Of a DNA stretch of 64,000 nucleotides, positions 37,824-51,776 are shown in pieces. The position numbers were made by a program, and so were the translations under genes. Below the pieces are notes generated by a model. It was not told where the DNA came from and ran no database searches. It was given only the letters and a program-made list of their open reading frames with translations. Position 1 is the first letter of the stretch. Each line of letters begins with the position of its first letter. The stretch comes from Octopus sinensis (taxonomy: Eukaryota), in NCBI RefSeq assembly GCF_006345805.1, contig NC_043000.1, positions 156,736,001-156,800,000 on the forward strand. The letters run 5' to 3'.

Positions 37824-38446
37824 TCTTCTTCTTCTTCTCTTCTTCTTCTTCTTCTTCTCCTTCTTCTTCTTCTTCTTCTTCTTCTTCTTCTTCTTCTTCT
37901 TCTTCTTCTTCTTCTTCTTCTTCTTCTTCTTCTTCTTCTTCTTCTTTTTTTTTTCTTCTTCTTCTTCCAATCAGGACTCACGCCATTAGCCACAAAGAAT
38001 AACCTCTAATTCGAGCCCACTCTAAGTTACTTAGAATGCGTGTGGCAACTTGAAGATCCACCCACCACACGCGATAGACTGGCTGTTGCACGGGCGCGAA
38101 AGCTACGTCGTTATCCTCATTTCGTAAACGGTGCCTTTTAACGGGTGGAGAGCTGAACCATCCTGGGGTGCAGAGGATTCGCAATCTAGATTAGGGTTTG
38201 AAAGTTTACCACACCATAGTGGGTTACACCATGGTTCCTCTGTTTTGTGACAGAAGTGTGAAGAAAGAGTGAGAGAAAGTTGTGATGAAAGAGTACAGCG
38301 TGGTTCACCACCCCTTCTCGCCGGAGCCTCGTGGAACTTAGGTGTTTTTGCTCAATAAACACTCACGATGCCCGGTCTGAGAATCGAAACCGCGTTCTTA
38401 CGACCGCGAGTCCGCTGTCCTAACCACAGGGCCATTGCGCCTCCAC
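37824..38446 (-). mobile_element. SINE family D, tail type 3, ending in a long (AAG)n tail
   Basis: Same head and central domain; tail ...ggctaatggcgtgagtcctgattg(gaa)n. Confidence 0.88.
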
Positions 38447-39189
38447 TTGTTGTTGTTGCTGTTGTCGTCGTCGTCGTCATCGTTGCTACTGCTGTTGCTG
38501 ACGTAAACAGACGTATGACCAAAAGATTTCAAGCTGTAACCATCACGTTTTTTCATATTTCTGTTTTACGGACACAGTGTAACGAGGATTATACTGTCTA
38601 ATGTACACTTTTTAAAAGTCGGTGTGATATAAGGGATATTGTTTACTATTTCTAGCAAGTCATGCTACCACGTAGAGACCCCATCATTGTCACATTTGTC
38701 ATTGTTGTGGTTGGTGATAGTAGTATTCCAAACTGATGGTGTTTTATGATGTTTTCTATGTTGCTGGTGGTGACAGTGGCACCAGCGGCGGCGTTAGTGG
38801 TGGTGTTGGCAGCGATGGCAGCGGTGATAGAAGCGGCGGTGTTTGTGGTGGTGTGGCTGGGACGGCAGTGGTGGTAATGTAAGTGAAGTGGTACCTTAGT
38901 CTTTATGATTGTATCACTGGATTCTGTTTGATCTTTTATCTTCAGATTTGACTGAGTTATATTTGAGCTGGAAATTGCTAGAAATTTCAGTCAAATTTTT
39001 TTCTCTAAAAATTTTATTTCTTTGGATGTTTTGTTTTTCGAAAATATGCCTAGAGGTGAACCACTACTACTACGTATATTCCAACGCTGTTAAAATATAT
39101 AATTTTAACGGCATTGTGCTCAACGCAGTTATCTTCAAAGCCAAAATCTTTAATGTCCTAAAGCTTTGACTTGGCGTCCAGAATGACAT

Positions 39190-39823
39190 CACGTGTTCTA
39201 TCGGTTAAAGTATGGGACACGAAATCGCACCCGGTATATTGAAATCAGCGAGCTGGCAAGTTTCTTTGGAGACAGTATCTGTGGCAACATAATTGGCCTT
39301 GCAAGACTTCACAAACTGCAACGGTGTCAGTACATTGGCCGATCTAGAGAATCCGAATTCCTGAACACGGCAAAAAAGGACACCTCCTGCCGAGAGACTT
39401 TTAGTTAACTAAGACAGACGTGGAATGTGAAAGACGAAATGTTCCTGAAAATCAACCCGTTTACCTATTGCATGTATCGTGTTAATAACAACACTAGTCA
39501 AGGAGTTGCATTGTTAACTATTCTGTTCCAAAAGAGAAAATTGGTATCTCCACCCAGGTGCTAGCGAGTTGAGAATGGCTCTTTAAAAATGTTCAACGAG
39601 CAAGCAATCACGTAACCATTTGGAAGTGCTACCTGCAGGTTAACCCCATGTTGCCAAACCTGTTGAGCACAGCTGCTAGCAAGCTGGCCATTCATCCGAT
39701 GCGCTTTTGATATGGTCTTGGCATTGCTATCATGCAAGTGTGTACATTCATACAAAACGCCAAGCTGCAGGGGCTTGTCAAATGGACTGACAAACACAAA
39801 TACATGTACGTTAGACACTTGAA
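39190..39823 (+). pseudogene. Degenerate transposase-like gene with H3TH-like (HAFTGCD-type) motif and C-terminal tesmin/TSO1-like CXC domain
   Basis: Across frames: YGTRNRTRYIEISELASFFGDSICGNIIGL / DFTNCNGVSTLA / RETFS*LRQTWNV..FTYCMY / NVQRASNHVTIWK..PMLP / SCKCVHSYKTPSCRGLSNGLTNT. Motif order matches a widespread invertebrate family (recalled, not searched). Confidence 0.65.
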
Positions 39824-41214
39824 ATAAAATAAAATTGCAGAAGTTAGTCAGATGATGAAAGAAAATTGATTGATTCGTGGCGGGTATTTTTACTTTTAGT
39901 ATCGATACCATTGAAAAATTTGCCACATCTAATTTCGCTGTAAATACTTCTCATGTAAAACAATTTACTGTCCGTATTATCCTTATAAACTTTCTTGCTG
40001 CCATCAACATCGACGACAGGAAAAGCAATGAACCGCAAATGAGTTAGGATCCAAAATTCGACGCTTCTGCTGATGCTAACGTGGGAAGTGTATTCCAGTT
40101 TAGGACACTTAGTACATAACACTTATTACCCTAAAGGTAGGGTGTGATTAAAGCTAATTAGTACTCTGAAAACAAACTAACAATGATTCCACTGGCGCCT
40201 CTTCATTTAGACAAAAGAACCGAATACGAAATAATAGGAAGGAAAATTGTTTATTTTTCAGGCAGTCTCTCAGATCAAACCTCACAACTAAATTAAATAC
40301 AACTGACTGCTTAATATTTATTTAGCATTAAATAACAGTGGGAATATTAGGGAATTATTAATTTGTAACTAAGGCAACGGAGAAAATATATCGTTGCTAT
40401 AATACAAAAGTGTTGTAAGTCCAAAACGTTGCTTTTTCAGAAAACGAAAAAATTGTCTCATCATTCCATAGCAAAACCGTTGTAGTACACTTTGACAATT
40501 TTTCATATCTTGGTATCTGAAGCAGGTGGAGATATGATAGTTTGACCAAAAGAACCGGCTGTTGCAAGCAAAAATAAATATTTTTAAAAAATCGCATTTG
40601 GCAAAATTTTGACATACGACAGTTTAACATAATAGCAACGATAAGTTTTCAGAACTCTATTTTAGTCATAAAAAAAAAAAAAAAGAATTCCCACTGTTAT
40701 TTATATCAGTGATTGTGTATAATTTACCATTTACACTGTGGTAAATTGGTCACTGGAAAAATATTTGTGATGCATCCTTCCTCTTGACGCCCCAAAATTA
40801 AGTCTATATGGCTAATATAGGCCAGAATGAGGATGTTTACAATGAGGCGCTAATTCCAGTATCATCGGATTTTGTATAATGATATACTTTCAGATGAGTC
40901 TCTTTTGCATTTCCCATTTCCCTTTATTTTAGACTGTATCATTAAATAACGAGAGAGAGAGAAAGAGAGAGAGAAATTACGTTTCCATTACATTGACATC
41001 GTATTATTTTCGGATTTTAAAATAAAATATTTATATATAATAAAATGAAAAATTAAAATAAAATATATTTATTTTCGGATTTTATAAACAAATATTTTCA
41101 ATTTTTTATTGTTTTTTCTATATATAATGTTTTCCGACATTCTATCGCCTTTCATAAAACTGATTTTCTCTATTTCTCACAGTGACTGAAGCAAACTGTA
41201 ATATTCCTATACAT

Positions 41215-41625
41215 ATAGGCGCAGGAGTGGCTGTGTGGTAGGTAGCTTGTTTACCAACCACATGGTTCCGGGTTCAGTCCCACTGCGTGGCACCTTGGGC
41301 GAGTGTCTTCTACTATAGCCTCGGGCCGACCAAAGCCTTGTGAGTGGATTTGGTAGACGGAAACTGAAAGACGCCCATCGTATATATGTATATATATATA
41401 TATGCGTGTGTGTGTTTGTGTCTGTGTTTGTCCTCCTAGCATTGCTTGACAACCGATGCTGGTGTGTTTATGTCCCCGTTACTTAGCGGTTCGGCAAAAG
41501 AGACCGATAGAATAAGTACTGGGCTTACAAAAGAATAAGTCCCGGGGTCGAGTTGCTCGATTAAAGGCGGTGCTCCAGCATGGCCGCAGTCAAATGACTG
41601 AAACAAGTAAAAGAATAAAAGAATA
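41215..41625 (+). mobile_element. Full-length, young SINE family A
   Basis: Near-consensus head, body and tail. Confidence 0.95.
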
Positions 41626-41809
41626 TGTTAGGATAATACTTAACTAAAGGCGTCTAGTTTTGTATAGTTCTGTGGCACACAAACACACACACATACACAT
41701 CGCAAAGAGGTAGATAGACGAGATACATATACATACATACATACATACATACATACATACATACATACATACATACATACATACATGCATACATACATAC
41801 ATACATACT

Positions 41810-43480
41810 AAGAATAAGGAAGTAATAGTTTTGAGTGGCCAAGAAGAAAAAGCTACAAGACATCGAAATTTTGGTTTCTGTTATGTCGCAATACTCTTCA
41901 GAGGCTGTGTGAGCTACGCAATCCTCGTCGCCACTGTTATGTCGCACGTTCGGATGACCTCTACTCAATACTGCTCTGCTCCTCAACGCCTAGACTTCTA
42001 TCTCTATATCTACGTATTGGGCTAGCCTACTTCATCGTCTGGGGACGTCCACACAGCAGTTTCTTTGGGCAAACTTTCAGATTCTTTTCTCTACAAGGGC
42101 TTCAACGGTAATTATGAAGAGAGTTTATCAGTCACCACAATTAAACGCTGAAACTGAAACAGAAGTCGCAGCTTCGCTTATATGACACATCCTCAAATTT
42201 TGCCTCAAGTCATCTTTAAATCCCTTCATTTGTTCTTCAGCACAACGCTTACCTCTGTTAAGCTGGCTGTAAAAGTTTGGTTTGGGAATGCAATCTTTTT
42301 GTATCGAAGCCACAACGCCATATCTGCGAAGTTTACGTTTCATTTGTAAAAGTTGAATACGATTGATTTTGTGGACGTGATATGACTTTTATATCGGGTA
42401 TTATGTCCAGCCACTTCGCTTTCAGATTTTGTGAAAACAATGAAGATAGGAACGGTCAAATTATTTCATCTATCTATATAATAGATAGAGTCTATGATTC
42501 TATTCCACAGAATAGTGTAATTAGTAAAATTAGTAAAACTGTTTTATATGTAGTGAAATATATAAATCATTCCAAAGCCAGTTTGCCTGATCCTCAAAAG
42601 CAAAGCTTGCTTTGCCAATTCTGTGCAAGACATCGAAACCTGTACCTAGTTTTCTGGAATCCACACTGGTAATTTGCATCCAGAGTGGTCACAAGATCAA
42701 TTAGGAAGCATCTAGCTCTAGGTGTACTTTGATGCATGATTTCAATTTTTTATGCTGATTATGGGACCAGAGTTCTTCATAGCAGCAAAGAAGCTGTATC
42801 TAACTCTTCAAATATTTTCAAGAGTATGGGCAACAAGAGCGCAGTCTCTTGGATAGGACAGTATTTCCCAGATCGTAAGCTGTAGCTTAGGTGTATTTGT
42901 GCGATCTTGGATGACAAGCTAGTCTTAATTTAGAAAGGTAGAATCTCTCACAGGCCTTACACATAAAAATCGGCTTTTTACGGGATATCAATATTTTCAT
43001 TTTCACAAGGCAAACGTTCAAGCTTTTGGTCTTATATTCTGTTTGGCAGATTTAGATTAAATGTTCCTGCAAGGGGGTCTGTCATACTCCAGTTCTTCTT
43101 AATCGTTGACTGGCATGTTTCCTTTGGGTGATCTTTTTAGACTGTCATCGTAACTAACCAGCGTTTGATTTGCATAGGAGCCAATACTCAGGAAAATTTT
43201 CGCTGTAAAATAGTTATTTCTAGATAGATTGATTATATACTCTAACAAAGTGACCACATCATCAAAGACAATTCTTGTGGAGATTACTTTCTATACTTGG
43301 AGTCCATCACCCTGAAGAATTTCTGTGTTTGGTGTAAAAGAGATTTACTTTATGTACAAAATCCTGCTTCGCTAGAATCAGGTGGCAGCTGGACCCTAAA
43401 AAGTCGGAAGAAAATATATAAATCAAACATAAGAACTACTCAGTTCTTGCTTTCTTGCTCAATATATAAATTTTTAAAAG
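41810..43480 (-). mobile_element. Decayed RTE-clade LINE (RT region to 3' UTR)
   Basis: QCGFQKTR at ~42645-42670 and IPKPNFYSQLNRGKRCAEEQMKGFKDDLRQNLRMCHI (RTE C-terminal signature); (TATG)n tail at 41725-41810. Confidence 0.7.
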
Positions 43481-43808
43481 CTGTTCTGTGATTCACCTGA
43501 AGCGAAGCAACCACTCAAATCCGTACTGTTAACCTCATACATCATAACTAGGAAACAGTCTTGCTCGAATGCGGATTGAGTCATCATACGCACAAGCTCA
43601 AACACACATACTTACACGCATACACACCCTTACATGTGTGTGTGAGTGTGTGTGTATGTGTGTGTGTGTGTGTGTATGTCTTGTGTGTGTGTCGTGTGTG
43701 TGTGTGTAAGTGACTGGAAGAAAAACAGACACACGTTTCATCAGTGAAATATGTTTATTTAAAATTCAAAATTTGAAAGATGACAATTGCGGGAGATTTT
43801 GTCAACAT

Positions 43809-43855
43809 CCTGCGCAAGGATGACACGCAAATTCGTGAAGCGTTCCATAATTTTT
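43809..43855 (+). pseudogene. RNU6: U6 snRNA 3' fragment (47 nt)
   Basis: cctgcgcaaggatgacacgcaaattcgtgaagcgttccataattttt is essentially identical to the conserved 3' half of U6. Confidence 0.92.
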
Positions 43856-43857
43856 CA

Positions 43858-44029
43858 TATAGGCTCAGGCGTGGCTGTGTGGTAAGAAGCTTGCTTTCCG
43901 ACCACATGGTTCTGGGTTCAGTCCCACTGCGTGGCACCTTGGGCAAGTGTCTTCCCCTATAGCCTCGGGCCGACTAAAGGCTTGAATGGATTTGGTAGAC
44001 GGAAACTGAAAGAAGCCCGTAATATGTGT

Positions 44030-44080
<51 letters not shown>

Positions 44081-44285
44081 TGTGCGTGTATCTTGTGTCT
44101 GTGTTTGTCTCCCCTCCATCGCTTGACAACCGATGACAACTTAGCAGTTCGCCAAAACTTACCGATAGAATAAGTACCAGACAGACTTACAAAGAATAAG
44201 TCCTGGGGACGATTTCTTCGTCTAAAAGGTGGTGCTCCAGCATGGCCGAAGTCAAATGACTGAAACAAGCAAAAGCATAAAAGAA
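43858..44285 (+). mobile_element. Full-length SINE family A immediately 3' of the U6 fragment
   Basis: Head ataggctcaggcgtggctgtgtggtaag starts 2-3 nt after the U6 oligo-T. Confidence 0.92.
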
Positions 44286-45022
44286 TCCCGAAACTGAAAG
44301 GAAATTATTACAATTGATTAGTAATGTCTAATTCATGACATGAATAAGATATGATGAAACATCAGCTGAAATATTTGTCGGCCATTTTGACTATTTATTT
44401 CGAAAGATCTACTCTATGACGTATAAATCAGAAGCATTCCAGGCATGACTATCCCGCTTTATATATATAGGCATCATATATTGAATACTACGTTTGCTAA
44501 TGAGGTCTTACGTAGCATTTTCTTTCTAAAGGGTGAGGATCAGGTGTGGGTTGAGGGAAATTGTGTTGTTATGACTAGCATGTCAAACGATTCCGGAAAG
44601 TTCCTACGCTGGCTTCTAAATCTAGGAGCAAACGTGAGAATGTAATTGTAGAATTGTGCAGTAGGCAGCGTAGTGAAAACGGTTGACTGAATTCAGCGAT
44701 ATCTTTACAGCAGATTCTTATGTGCATCACCCACATGAGTGAGGCGTAATATTCCTTCGCAATAAACTAGGTGTGTTTCAGCATATTACAGTCTTCGAGT
44801 ATTAAGTGGTTGAGAGACACATGTTTGAGAGAACGCTTACCTTTCATGAGATTAGCATAACTAGAGAATTTTCTTTCAGGAATACAAGTCCATACCTTCC
44901 ATTTCTTTCTCGAGTATTCATTACAGCTTCTTCATGTCATGATGAACGTAAAATGGTGCTGATTCAAACGATGATACTTTTTTTCAAAAATATTTTCACA
45001 GGCACCTGCCTGTCTGTCTATG

Positions 45023-45156
<134 letters not shown>

Positions 45157-46104
45157 TCTACCTATCTATCTATTCATCTTTCTTTCTTTCCTTCTTATCA
45201 TCCATCCATTTGCCAGTCCGTCCGTTCGTCTGTCTGTCTCTCTGTCTGTCTTTCTGCCTCTCTGTCTGTCTATTTATCCATCTATACACATAAGCACACA
45301 CGCACATACTCACACATGCTCTTTCTTTTTCTCTTACACACGCACACTTGCACGCACAGACTCATACACACACACACACACACAAACACACACACTCACA
45401 CACGTCATTCGCTATTCAGTATGCAATCCATTTGTTTTACCTTTTCTCGAAGTAATGCTTTCGTATCGTGAATTCCCATGGTAACGAAGGCATTCACCAC
45501 AATGACGTGAGCAAGTCCTCGGCCTTGAAACCGAAGACACTTCAGCAGAAAACGAGCGATCCTAAAGTGACAACTCCGTCTATGCTATACTTTCCTTTTC
45601 TCCTGCCGACTGAAGTAACCAGGGATTAGCGTTATTTCACTGTCGCAAACGCGTATAAGACCCCGACTTAGTGCAGCGAAAAGTCTACCTTCTGTTTGTG
45701 GTTCCCAAAAATTTAAGCCAATTAAATTAACTTGCATCAGGAGGAAAAATTAGGCGCTATAAAATACTTGCGCGTCCCAAATTATAATCAGAAATGCTTC
45801 AACGAATATCCCTCCCGAAATATTTGAACCCAAAATACGGCACAAACGGTGTTAATTAAAAGAACAAGATGACCCCGAAACTACAAACACCGCTGGTTTC
45901 GTACCAGAGAATCTTCCTCATGTGTCCACTTTCATAAGCATGCAAATAAACAATAATATACACACATACATACATACATACATACATACATACATACATA
46001 CATACATACATACATACATACATACATACATACATACATACATACATACATACATACATACATACATACATACATACATACATACATACATACATTCATT
46101 CATA

Positions 46105-47500
46105 CAATCGTACTTGACCAAGTTTACATACATGACCCTGATAACATCATGAAACTTCGAAGACAGCTCCTTGAGCAACACTCTTTGTCTGATAATCTAG
46201 AATACATGCCCAAAGACGTCGCTCAGCTCTACCGCCACGATTCATTAGATGAACGGATGAGCCTGTATGAGCAGAAGACCATGCATGGATATGTCAGTAG
46301 AAAGCTCCGAGATGTTAGTAACATTGATCATGAAAGCAGTCTATCATGGACCAATAGCCAAATTACTACCGCCCACTTTGAAGGGCTTGCGTTTGCAATC
46401 CAGAAACAGGAAATATCAACCAAGTACCTGATGGACAAAAGGGATAGAGATGCAGGAAAAGCGGTAAAGTATGATAACCGATGCAGACTTTGTGGAGCTA
46501 ACACCGACGATATCCCTCACATCATAAGCAATTGTCTAAAAATGTCATCACGGTAATATCTACTGATGAGACATGATGCTGCAGCTAGGACACTCTATAA
46601 TGAAATCCATCGGAAGTTTAACCCCGAGGACAAAGAAATAAGAACCCAAAGTATGGGAGAAGCCATAGCCACTCATAATAAATAGGAGTCCTGGTGGAAT
46701 GTCCCAGTGAAGACGTCAATAAAATGCGAGCACAACAGACCTGATATAATGATTTGGGATCGAGAAGAGAAATTGTATACAGTAGTGGAAATTAGCTACT
46801 TAGTAGATGTTAATATAAAGCCGAAGATCAGTGAAACAGAGAATACCTACGCTGAACTATTGAGAAATCTACAGTTACTCTATCCAAATTACAAGTTTGG
46901 GTTTATACCGGTAATTATTGGGGCCATGGGATATGTAACACACTTCCTAAATACCGGTCTTGGAAAATTAGGCTTTTCACAACGAGGAAGGAGAAGGCTA
47001 ATTCGGAGACTACAGATCCAATCCATCAATGAAACTGTAAAAATCTGTAAAACTTTCCAGGCATTTAAATATATATGAGCATGTCTAGATATGTAGCTAT
47101 ATGCATGAGAATATATACATAAAACAAAACATACAAATCTGCATACAATCCATCACTAGAGCTATAAAAATCTGTGAAACTCTCCAGAAGCTTATCATTT
47201 AAATGCATATGAGCATGTCTAGATATGTAACTATATGCATGAGAATACATGCATAAAACATACATATCTGCATATTCATACATATATACATACATCCATG
47301 CATGCATACATACATACATACATACATACATACATACATACATTCATACATACATACATACATACATACATACATACATACATACCAACAAAATACCCTG
47401 TTGTTGATGTTGAAATTCCCATGAGGGAACATTGAATCTTGGTTAGAAATTGGTTCTTTCTCTATTGGCAAAAAATCTTGAAATAAACTGAATAATGACA
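46105..47500 (+). mobile_element. 5'-truncated R4/Dong-clade RLE retrotransposon in (CATA)n
   Basis: RCRLCGANTDDIPHIISNC (CCHC), RHD, WWNVPV..HNRPDIMIWD..VEIS..K..Y..L..IPVIIGAMG (PD-D/ExK endonuclease); one in-frame stop; CATA repeats at both ends. Confidence 0.9.
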
Positions 47501-48229
47501 TACACACATACATATATACATACAAACAAAAATACCTTTTGTTTTGTCTTTGTTGCCGTACACATTCGCTGGCTTTCTTACAAAAGGGTCTAATGCTCTT
47601 AGCTTAGACATGATGGGGGGGGGGGCAACCAGGTTGAACCATCTCAAGTGTAACTGTCCGAAATGGCCGTGACTTCTGGGACTTGACTGATGAAAGAAAG
47701 CCAATAATGACCTGTGTTTTTCTTGTCTCTCCTTCTAAGTCTTGTTTGTCTTCTCCACCATTGTATCGTCTGTTTGTCCAAACGTTTTAATGCCCTCTAT
47801 TGCGTTTTCGTTCCATATACATATACATACATATGTGTGTGTGCGTGTGTGTGTGTGTGTGTATGTATGTATATACATATATATGCTTACATATATATAT
47901 ATATATATACCTACTTACACACACATGCACACATACACACATATGTTTATATATATATATTAATTGATTAAGGAAACAGAAGATGGATTTGATATTGATT
48001 TTTCCTCGTTCAAAATAAGGACCAATACCAAATCTGTCTTCTGTCCTCTTAATCAATTATTATGTCAACTAACACTGCAGAATTTCTGAAGCAGATCCTA
48101 CGGAAATATACCCGAACTTCGAAAAACACCAGCTATCACAAACCATGCTAGTGCTTTACTCAGCACATCAACACACTAATTAACGTATGCCCATTAGTCC
48201 AAAATATTACACACACACACACACACACA

Positions 48230-48278
<49 letters not shown>

Positions 48279-48647
48279 ATATATATATCGTCATGCTGGA
48301 CTGTTGAACGCTGCACATTTTTTCGCTCTCCATTTTTATTCCTCCTAATCCTTTCTGTCGAAACGTAAAAGACTTTTTCATTCCTCCCGGGCGTTGAACT
48401 AACACACCTGGTTTTTATTCCTACACCTGTCTTCGTCTTTTATTTACTGTAAATTAGAACTTATCTTGTATTAGTAACTTGTGGTAAATCATTTTACCTT
48501 TGCCCATATAATACAGTAAATGAATTGATTGCATCGCAATCATTAACATTTATGTATTAACTCTGTTGGGTACTTCACTAGCAGTATATTGGATATATGT
48601 TATCCCATAGAGGGTTGCATTTACAACCCCTATCTCAATTTGTATAT

Positions 48648-48681
<34 letters not shown>

Positions 48682-48683
48682 AC

Positions 48684-48747
<64 letters not shown>

Positions 48748-48827
48748 ATTACATATATATATGCACATATATGTGTGTGTGTGTGTGTGTGTACATATAT
48801 ATATATATATGTATGTATATATATATG

Positions 48828-49620
48828 CGGACCTCTACAAGGCGGGAGCTCTCCACCAACTTCAAAACATCTCCTTCTACTGCCCTCGGCCCTCTGACCC
48901 CGCTCCCAGCTACCAACAAACTGTGTCCTCCCCTATCCATGACCTCATCTCCTCTTCCCGTCTCTCCCCACCGCCTCCAACCTCATTGTCCGCACCCTTC
49001 GCACTCCCACAGTTTACTTCCCCCCAAATACACAAACCTAACAACCCTGGTCGCTCCATCGTCACCGCCTGCAACTGCCCCACCGAACTCATCTCCAGAT
49101 CTCTTGACCGTGTCCTTGACACCCCTCCCCACCCCAGTGGTTTCCCTTCCCTTTCACATCCATGACACCAACCATGCGCTTCGTTTGTTCAACTCTTTCT
49201 CCTTCCCTCCTGGCCCCTCTAAACTTCTCTTCACATCCAGAGCCTTTATACGGTGATCCCTCACTACGAGGGGCTGCGTGCATTCCATTTCCTTGACCTT
49301 CGACCCAACCCCTCAACCCGACACATCCACACTCGTTCGTCCTCTCACTCAACTGCTTCTCGTTCGCTGGTAACTTTTACCAGCAGTTCTCGGGAGTGGC
49401 CATGAAAACGAGAATGGGTCCCAACTATGCAAACCTGTTCGTTGGCTACGTTGAGGCCCAAATATTCTCAAGTTTCACTGGTCCCACTCCCGAACTGTAC
49501 GGCCGTTATATTGAGACTGTATCGGTGCGACCTCACTCTACCGCGAACATCTAGACTCCTTCCTCTCTTTTGTCAAATCTTTCCATCCTGCCCGCCATTT
49601 CTCCTGCTCTATCACTCTCC
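48828..49620 (+). mobile_element. Penelope-like reverse transcriptase fragment (copy 1)
   Basis: [61 protein letters not shown](E)DCIG; frameshifted. Confidence 0.9.
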
Positions 49621-50193
49621 AGGTTGTCCTAATTTCATGATCTTTGCCTGAAGTTATCGTGGCATTGCAAGATTAGTCATCGACGAACTCGATCTCGCAA
49701 CAAGTTGTATTGGCTTACTTGGCAACCAAGCAACAGGTCTCCTGTTATCAGATCTCTTGCGTTTATCAAATGTCCAGTTTTGCACACACATATATACATA
49801 TAGACTACACGCAAATACACAGTCATTGCATCACGATGCACATGTATACATATATATATATATCATGCTAATACAATTGTTTGTTTGTATTCCACCTGCC
49901 TTCGTCTTTTGTTTATTTTCATAAAGCTTCCCGTTATATATATATACATACAGATTCATATATACACACGTAAATGTGCGTATACATTGATGCGAATATA
50001 TATATATATATATATAATACACACACGCGCATACGTACAGATTCACGTATATACACATAAATGAATGTGTATGCGTCGATGCATATACATGCACATACTC
50101 ATGCGTACACACATACAACAGATTCACATATACACATAAATGCATGTATATGCACCAATGCGTATACATACATACATACATATATATTATATA

Positions 50194-50247
<54 letters not shown>

Positions 50248-50256
50248 TATATATAT

Positions 50257-50300
<44 letters not shown>

Positions 50301-50389
50301 CATATATATATGCACATATATGTGTGTGTGTGTGTGTGTGTACATATATATATATATTATATATATATATATGTATGTATATATATATG

Positions 50390-51185
50390 CGGACTCTACA
50401 AGGCGGGAGCTCTCCACCAACTTCAAAACATCTCCTTCTACTGCCCTCGGCCCTCTGACCCCGCTCCCAGCTACCAACAAACTGTGTCCTCCCCTATCCA
50501 TGACCTCATCTCCTCTTCCCGTCTCTCCCCACCGCCTCCAACCTCATTGTCCGCACCCTTCGCACTCCCACAGTTTACTTCCCCCCAAATACACAAACCT
50601 AACAACCCTGGTCGCTCCATCGTCACCGCCTGCAACTGCCCCACCGAACTCATCTCCAGATCTCTTGACCGTGTCCTTGACCCCCCACCCCCACCCCAGT
50701 GGTTTCCCTTCCCTTTCACATCCATGACACCAGCCATGCGCTTCGTTTGTTCAACTCTTTCTCCTTCCCTCCTGGCCCCTCTAAACTTCTCTTCACATCC
50801 AGAGCTTTTATACGGTGATCCCTCACTACGAGGGGCTGCGTGCATTCCATTTCCTTGACCTTCGACCCAACCCCTCAACCCGACACATCCACACTCGTTC
50901 GTCCTCTCACTCAACTGCTTCTCGTTCGCTGGTAACTTTTACCAGCAGTTCTCGGGAGTGGCCATGAAAACGAGAATGGGTCCCAACTATGCAAACCTGT
51001 TCGTTGGCTACGTTGAGGCCCAAATATTCTCAAGTTTCACTGGTCCCACTCCCGAACTGTACGGCCGTTATATTGAAGACTGTATCGGTGCGACCTCACT
51101 CTACCGCGAACATCTAGACTCCTTCCTCTCTTTTGTCAAATCTTTCCATCCTGCCCGCCATTTCTCCTGCTCTATCACTCTCCAG
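50390..51185 (+). mobile_element. Penelope-like reverse transcriptase fragment (copy 2; tandem duplicate, period ~1562 bp)
   Basis: Near-identical to 48828-49620, including flanks. Confidence 0.9.
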
Positions 51186-51729
51186 GTTGTCCTAATTTCA
51201 TGATCTTTGCCTGAAGTTATCGTGGCATTGCAAGATTAGTCATCGACGAACTCGATCTCGCAACAAGTTGTATTGGCTTACTTGGCAACCAAGCAACAGG
51301 TCTCCTGTTATCAGATCTCTTGCGTTTATCAAATGTCCAGTTTTGCACACACATATATACATATAGACTACACGCAAATACACAGTCATTGCATCACGAT
51401 GCACATGTATACATATATATATATATCATGCTAATACAATTGTTTGTTTGTATTCCACCTGCCTTCGTCTTTTGTTTATTTTCATAAAGCTTCCCGTTAT
51501 ATATATATACATACAGATTCATATATACACACGTAAATGTGCGTATACATTGATGCGAATATATATATATATATATATAATACACACACGCGCATACGTA
51601 CAGATTCACGTATATACACATAAATGAATGTGTATGCGTCGATGCATATACATGCACATACTCATGCGTACACACATACAACAGATTCACATATACACAT
51701 AATGCATGTATATGCACCAATGCGTATAC

Positions 51730-51776
<47 letters not shown>

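Noticed and set aside
39633-39817. 185-nt minus-strand exon with good AG/GT sites
   Set aside because: The + strand carries ordered transposase-like motifs over the same bases; the minus frame shows no recognisable protein.
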